Source: an uncultured Candidatus Saccharibacteria bacterium (GTDB taxonomy: Bacteria; Patescibacteriota; Saccharimonadia; Saccharimonadales; SZUA-47). Taken from it: 43,018 bases of DNA. The stretch covers positions 44,885 to 87,902 of the forward strand of contig CAYQPN010000001.1 of assembly GCA_964419675.1 (NCBI GenBank), in the 5' to 3' direction. Shown one piece after another: positions 38,712-43,018 of this stretch (positions are counted from its first letter, which is position 1; every line of letters starts with the position of its first letter). A model generated the notes under the pieces. It was not told the DNA's origin and did no database searches. It was given only the letters and a program-made list of their open reading frames with translations. A program made the translations under genes and the position numbers.

Positions 38712-38822
38712 TGTACGGGTGTATCGGCCCCTCGAGCAAAATAAACAATATAAAAACAAAAAGCCCTGGGGCCAGGGTGGGCACACCCGAAATAAAAAAG
38801 ACCGTTAACCGCGGTCTTTTTT
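38712..38822 (+). ncRNA. Candidate small RNA (GC stems around an A-rich loop) ending at a bidirectional terminator
   Basis: TATACT 38700-38705 upstream; cgggtgt/acacccg and ggcccc/ggggcc stems. Confidence 0.4.
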
Positions 38823-38823
38823 A
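38793..38823. terminator. Bidirectional intrinsic terminator downstream of tRNA-Ala
   Basis: taaaaaagaccg-ttaaccg-cggtctttttta. Confidence 0.8.
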
Positions 38824-38824
38824 A

Positions 38825-38901
38825 TGGTGGAGCTACAGGGACTTGAACCCTGGATCTCTTCACTGCCAGCGAAGCGCTCTAGCCAACTGAGCTACAGCCC
38901 C
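38825..38901 (-). tRNA. tRNA-Ala(GGC)
   Basis: GGGGCTG...TAGCTCCACCA with G3:U70; anticodon arm cttcg-ctGGCag-tgaag. Confidence 0.96.
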
Positions 38902-38993
38902 AAGTAAGTACCATATTACGCTACAGCATTGTAAAATCTCAAATCTTAACTCTATTTTCTAAAATCTCGCACTGTAGCTGGTACAATACTTTT

Positions 38994-39983
38994 ATGAAGA
39001 AAATTAATCTTGAGTCAGGCGTAAATTTTAGTGGTGTATTTAAAGTCATAAAAAATCTACCAAACAAACTCTATAAGCAAATAGAACACTGGGATATCCC
39101 TAAAATCGTGAGACTTTTTGTAGCTGCTGGCATTGTCATAGGTATTGGAGCTTCTTGGTTTGGATACCAACGAATTTATATGAATCCAGAACGTCGGTTT
39201 TGGTCGGCAGTAAACAGCAGCATGTCTTTGCCTAGCGTTACTCGAACATTGACAGAAGGTGGAAGCGGTAATCAAGTTGTTCAAGACCACAGGTTTTATT
39301 ACGCCCCTCAGAATGTGGTTGAGAATAAGGTTTCATTTAATAACAAGAGCGCTACGGTTGACACAAGTGTTGTGACAGAGGGGATTGTATATCCGACAGA
39401 ACAATATCTAAGATATTCTAGCTTTAGCACCAACCAATTGCAGAATGGCAATCCAGTTAATCTTGATAGCCTTTTGGGACTTTGGGCAACAGACAAAGAT
39501 TCAGCTAACGACCCAGAAATGGCAAAGACAAATTTTGTCAGTGAAAAAATAAGCTTAGCAATCTTTGGAAATTACTCGTCTAGTTTTAGACGAGAGCTAA
39601 TTACGCAAATGAAGCAAGGTAAAGTTTATGGCACTGAACTAAATACCCCAACTGAGGTAGATATAAACGGTAGAAAAGTACTGCGCTATTCTGTAAACGT
39701 AGACTTGAAAAAATACGTAGCTATCTTGCAATCGTCTTTAGTAAAAGCCGGTTACGGAGAGTTTCCTCCACTAAATACTGACAACTACCGTGAAGGGTCA
39801 AAAGTAAAAGCAGGAATTGCAATAGACAAGAAAAGCGGTGCAATCGTTACTGTTGAATTTGGTGGTAGGACAGAAAACTATTCTAATCACGGTGTGATAA
39901 AAAATGTTCAAAAACCAGAGGCGTCTTTCAGTATCGACGAACTACAAGCAAAAGTAGAACAAACAATAGGCGCCGGGTTGTAA
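38994..39983 (+). CDS. Bitopic membrane protein with a beta-rich extracellular domain (LolA/LppX-like by inference)
   Basis: Single N-terminal TM; EVDINGRKVLRYSV; C-terminal VQKPE. Confidence 0.65.
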   Translation: MKKINLESGVNFSGVFKVIKNLPNKLYKQIEHWDIPKIVRLFVAAGIVIGIGASWFGYQRIYMNPERRFWSAVNSSMSLPSVTRTLTEGGSGNQVVQDHRFYYAPQNVVENKVSFNNKSATVDTSVVTEGIVYPTEQYLRYSSFSTNQLQNGNPVNLDSLLGLWATDKDSANDPEMAKTNFVSEKISLAIFGNYSSSFRRELITQMKQGKVYGTELNTPTEVDINGRKVLRYSVNVDLKKYVAILQSSLVKAGYGEFPPLNTDNYREGSKVKAGIAIDKKSGAIVTVEFGGRTENYSNHGVIKNVQKPEASFSIDELQAKVEQTIGAGL

Positions 39984-40057
39984 GCGTTCCCCTTGATATT
40001 TCTTTTGCTTATAATAATAAATAACCTATAATTTAGACTAAATATAAGTAACGAAGG

Positions 40058-41503
40058 GTGCCATTTATTATGGAAGACGACAAAGAAGCGGTAGCAGTCT
40101 CAACAGAGCCACAGGTTGAACCTACGGTTAACCCGCAAGCAGAAACTATTGCAACAGAAAATGTAGCGCCTAATAAACCCAAATTTTCATTAAAAAATCC
40201 AAGAACAATATTCCTAGCACTCTTTTTAGCCTTCATGCTTATTGGGGGTGGTGCAGTAGCATACGTTACTTATGTACAAAAGTCACCTGAAAATCTTTGG
40301 AAAAAAGCCTTAAAAAATACAGCTGACGGTATTGATGGATACCTAAAAAATGCTGAAACAATAGATCAATCAGGGTTCAAGATGAAAGGTGAGTTCAAAG
40401 TAAGTAGCCCGCTTGCAGTTGATGGATCGCTAGAAGGTCAGTGGGACGGTCCTAACGGATCGGCCAAGGGCGACGTCGGATTTTCGGGCGTACGAATAAA
40501 TACTGAGGTGAGGACTATTGCAGCTGACGATAATAGCACACCTGATGTCTATATCAACGTCGATGGGCTTCAAGGTCTAAGTGGGCTACTAGATTCATAT
40601 CTAGGTGAAGGTGCTGGTGCTGGAATAACAGATAGTATTTCAGGTATAAATGGCCAGTGGTATTTTGTTGATCACACCCTGCTAGACCAAATGACAGCTT
40701 CATCTGGGTCAAATTCAAGCCTAAACCTATCTCCTGGGGAAAGAAAGCTAATAACAGATAAGTTTATGATAGTTTTGCGAGACAGAATGTTCAGTACTGC
40801 GGAAGATAAAGCAATATTTAATATTGAGCAAAAATACGGTAAAGAAGATTTTGAAGGAACTGCAAGTTACAAAATGCGGGTTGGGCTAAATAAGGATAAT
40901 CTAAAAGAATTCGCGGTTGCCCTAAAAGATGCTGCTAAGGGCACAAAACTTGAAGAGATAATCTTGGCAAGTGAAACAGATAAAACTATAGAAGAGGTCT
41001 TGGATATCGATGAGTTAATGAAGCAAATTGATAGTGCAGACTTTTCTAAAATGCACGCTGATGTTTGGGTTGAAGCTGGTGGTTTGTACGTTCGAAATGT
41101 TCGCCTATACCCTGTCGAGGGCAAGGAAGACAGTAATTACATAGATCTTGGTCTTAAATATGAAGGCGGTGACGTTTTTCCTTTTCAGATTAAAGCAACC
41201 ATGGACGATGACAGCCAAAAAGGAACTTTCTCTTTGAATCTAGCGGTGAATAAGAAAAATGGGGACTTATCTACATCCTTCAATGTAGACGTAACTAGTG
41301 ATGGAAATGCAATTACGGCAGAAGGGTCACTTAGTATTAACGCTACAACAGACGAAGTTAAAGTCGAAAAACCCGAAAACACCAAAAACTTACTTGAGCT
41401 TATTGGGGATTTTCAATATCTATTTACTGGCCAAACTCAGTCTACCGATATTGACAACCTTTACAACTTGCCGGATTACGGCCTAGACGACGTAGAGCTG
41501 TAA
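40058..41503 (+). CDS. Bitopic membrane protein with a beta-rich extracellular domain (start may be ATG 40070)
   Basis: Acidic/Pro N-terminus, single TM; GKEDFEGTASYKMRV; ADVWVE; VKVEKPE. Confidence 0.7.
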   Translation: MPFIMEDDKEAVAVSTEPQVEPTVNPQAETIATENVAPNKPKFSLKNPRTIFLALFLAFMLIGGGAVAYVTYVQKSPENLWKKALKNTADGIDGYLKNAETIDQSGFKMKGEFKVSSPLAVDGSLEGQWDGPNGSAKGDVGFSGVRINTEVRTIAADDNSTPDVYINVDGLQGLSGLLDSYLGEGAGAGITDSISGINGQWYFVDHTLLDQMTASSGSNSSLNLSPGERKLITDKFMIVLRDRMFSTAEDKAIFNIEQKYGKEDFEGTASYKMRVGLNKDNLKEFAVALKDAAKGTKLEEIILASETDKTIEEVLDIDELMKQIDSADFSKMHADVWVEAGGLYVRNVRLYPVEGKEDSNYIDLGLKYEGGDVFPFQIKATMDDDSQKGTFSLNLAVNKKNGDLSTSFNVDVTSDGNAITAEGSLSINATTDEVKVEKPENTKNLLELIGDFQYLFTGQTQSTDIDNLYNLPDYGLDDVEL

Positions 41504-41521
41504 TTTGCAAATTGGCCAAAC

Positions 41522-42730
41522 ATGCGAAAATATATAGCCAAAATTCTTCAAAAACAAGTTACAAGATATCTAACTCAATATAAGCCTAAAGTTATTGTAG
41601 TAACTGGAAGTGTTGGCAAAACGTCAACTACTCAAGCCGTAGCAACAATGTTGCGTCAGAAATATATGGTCAGGTCCACAATTGCTAACTACAATACAGA
41701 TGTTGGAGTACCGTGTTCATTTTTTGGTCACGACCTACCTAAAACAATAAACAACCCTATCGCGTGGGGTTGGATTATATTAAAAAATATTGTTCTGAGC
41801 AGAATAAAGTTAGATTTTTCTGTTGTAGTTTTGGAACTTGGCACAGATAGGCCTGGCGAAATTGCCGAGTTTGCCTATCTTAAACCAGAAATTGCAGTAG
41901 TAACCGCCGTTGTTCCTGAACACATGGAGTTTTTTGGTGCTTTAGAAGAAGTGGCTAAAGAAGAGTTGTCGGTTGCCGAATATAGTGAAAAAACATATGT
42001 AAATAAACAAATGGTACCAGCAGAATATCTACATTTCGCAAAAAGTACGGAGATATATAACTACGGTAGAGATGATTATAAATCAGCAGGAATTAATGCA
42101 CATAAGCTGAACGTCGTTGGCCAACATAGCCTGGATGCCATATCTGCCGGCGTAATTGTCGGGAGGGAATTAGGGATGAGCGACGAAGAACTTCAGCGCG
42201 GAGCATCACATGTGAGCCCTCAAAAGGGAAGAATGCAATTACTTCAAGGTATCAACGGCTCAACTTTAGTTGATGATACCTACAATTCTAGCCCAGAAGC
42301 AGTATTCGCGGCGCTTGATTATTTGTATGTCACAAAATCTCCTCAAAAGATTGCACTTTTGGGTAATATGAACGAGCTTGGCGAAACGTCGGAGGCGGAA
42401 CATCGTAGAATTGGTGAGTATTGCGATTCTACCCAATTAGAACTGGTTGTGACTTTAGGGGAAGATGCCAATAAATTTACGGCCGAGTCAGCAAAAGCTA
42501 AAGGTTGTGCCGTGGCTGAAGCGAATAGCCCGCAAGAGGCAGCAGAAATTATCAAACATCAACTTAAAAACGGTGGTCTGGTTTTATTGAAAGGCTCGCA
42601 AAACGGCGTCTATGCCGAAGAAGCAACAAAAATTTTGCTAGCAAACCCCAAAGACCGCTCAAAACTTGTTCGTCAGTCTCCTCAATGGATGAATATTAAA
42701 GCAAAAAATTTCAATAGAGCTGAGGCCTAA
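41522..42730 (+). CDS. murF: Mur ligase, MurF-like (short N-terminus)
   Basis: VTGSVGKTST; VLELGTDRPGEI; DDTYNSSPE; LGNMNELG; LLKGSQ. Confidence 0.85.
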   Translation: MRKYIAKILQKQVTRYLTQYKPKVIVVTGSVGKTSTTQAVATMLRQKYMVRSTIANYNTDVGVPCSFFGHDLPKTINNPIAWGWIILKNIVLSRIKLDFSVVVLELGTDRPGEIAEFAYLKPEIAVVTAVVPEHMEFFGALEEVAKEELSVAEYSEKTYVNKQMVPAEYLHFAKSTEIYNYGRDDYKSAGINAHKLNVVGQHSLDAISAGVIVGRELGMSDEELQRGASHVSPQKGRMQLLQGINGSTLVDDTYNSSPEAVFAALDYLYVTKSPQKIALLGNMNELGETSEAEHRRIGEYCDSTQLELVVTLGEDANKFTAESAKAKGCAVAEANSPQEAAEIIKHQLKNGGLVLLKGSQNGVYAEEATKILLANPKDRSKLVRQSPQWMNIKAKNFNRAEA

Positions 42731-42731
42731 T

Positions 42732-43018
42732 ATGACGGTTTTGATCTTGCGTGGTGGCGATTCCCCTGAAAGAGAAGTATCTTTCCGATCTGGTGATGCA
42801 GTCGAAGCAGCTCTAATAGAGGCAGGATATAACGTGATAGTTTACGATCCTGCCGATGGTAATGTTGGGTTAGAAAAGTCTATTTCTAAAGCAGATATTG
42901 TACTACCGATTCTGCATGGCAAGAATGGTGAAGACGGGGTTATACAAGAACAGATAGAACAACAAAATAAGAAATTCTTAGGTGCCGGTAGTAAGGTCTC
43001 CAAAGTTACGATAGATAA
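42732..43018 (+). CDS. ddl: D-alanine--D-alanine ligase (partial, runs off the window)
   Basis: MTVLILRGGDSPEREVSFRSG...LPILHGKNGEDG; starts 1 nt after the murF stop. Confidence 0.9.
   Translation, partial: MTVLILRGGDSPEREVSFRSGDAVEAALIEAGYNVIVYDPADGNVGLEKSISKADIVLPILHGKNGEDGVIQEQIEQQNKKFLGAGSKVSKVTID

Overview
A 43 kb chromosomal segment, mostly housekeeping genes and mostly on the + strand. The likely source is a Patescibacteria (CPR) organism, probably Saccharibacteria/TM7. This is inferred from the short AlaRS, the FtsA-like + bitopic-protein pair, the secG-orphan OppA pair, sbcB and a LysM/CHAP gene with a structured leader. Code 11 is used (TGA is a stop). Contents, in order: the end of a WxL/DUF916-like cell-surface cluster; mnmA-alaS-ftsA-like-hypothetical-yqgF-mltG; LysM-CHAP hydrolase; obg; CDP-alcohol phosphotransferase; sbcB; uvrA; dedA; rplY; GNAT; ABC exporter; trhO; uvrC; pepP; holin-like-secG-oppA; FAD oxidoreductase; tRNA-Leu and tRNA-Val; lemA-htpX; ligA; tRNA-Ala; two bitopic beta-rich proteins; murF-ddl. 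Signals these genes do not explain: (1) three dispersed, related structured non-coding elements (~3.3-3.45 kb, 22.6 kb, 33.1-33.27 kb), one flanked by a duplicated tRNA 3' end; (2) loss of Cys metal sites in UvrA, UvrC and LigA; (3) a perfect 38-bp palindrome; (4) a structured LysM leader with a probable AUU start; (5) a leader-peptide uORF before the ABC exporter; (6) a candidate small RNA at 38.7 kb; (7) many leaderless-type promoters. All calls come from reading the sequence by eye; no searches were run.
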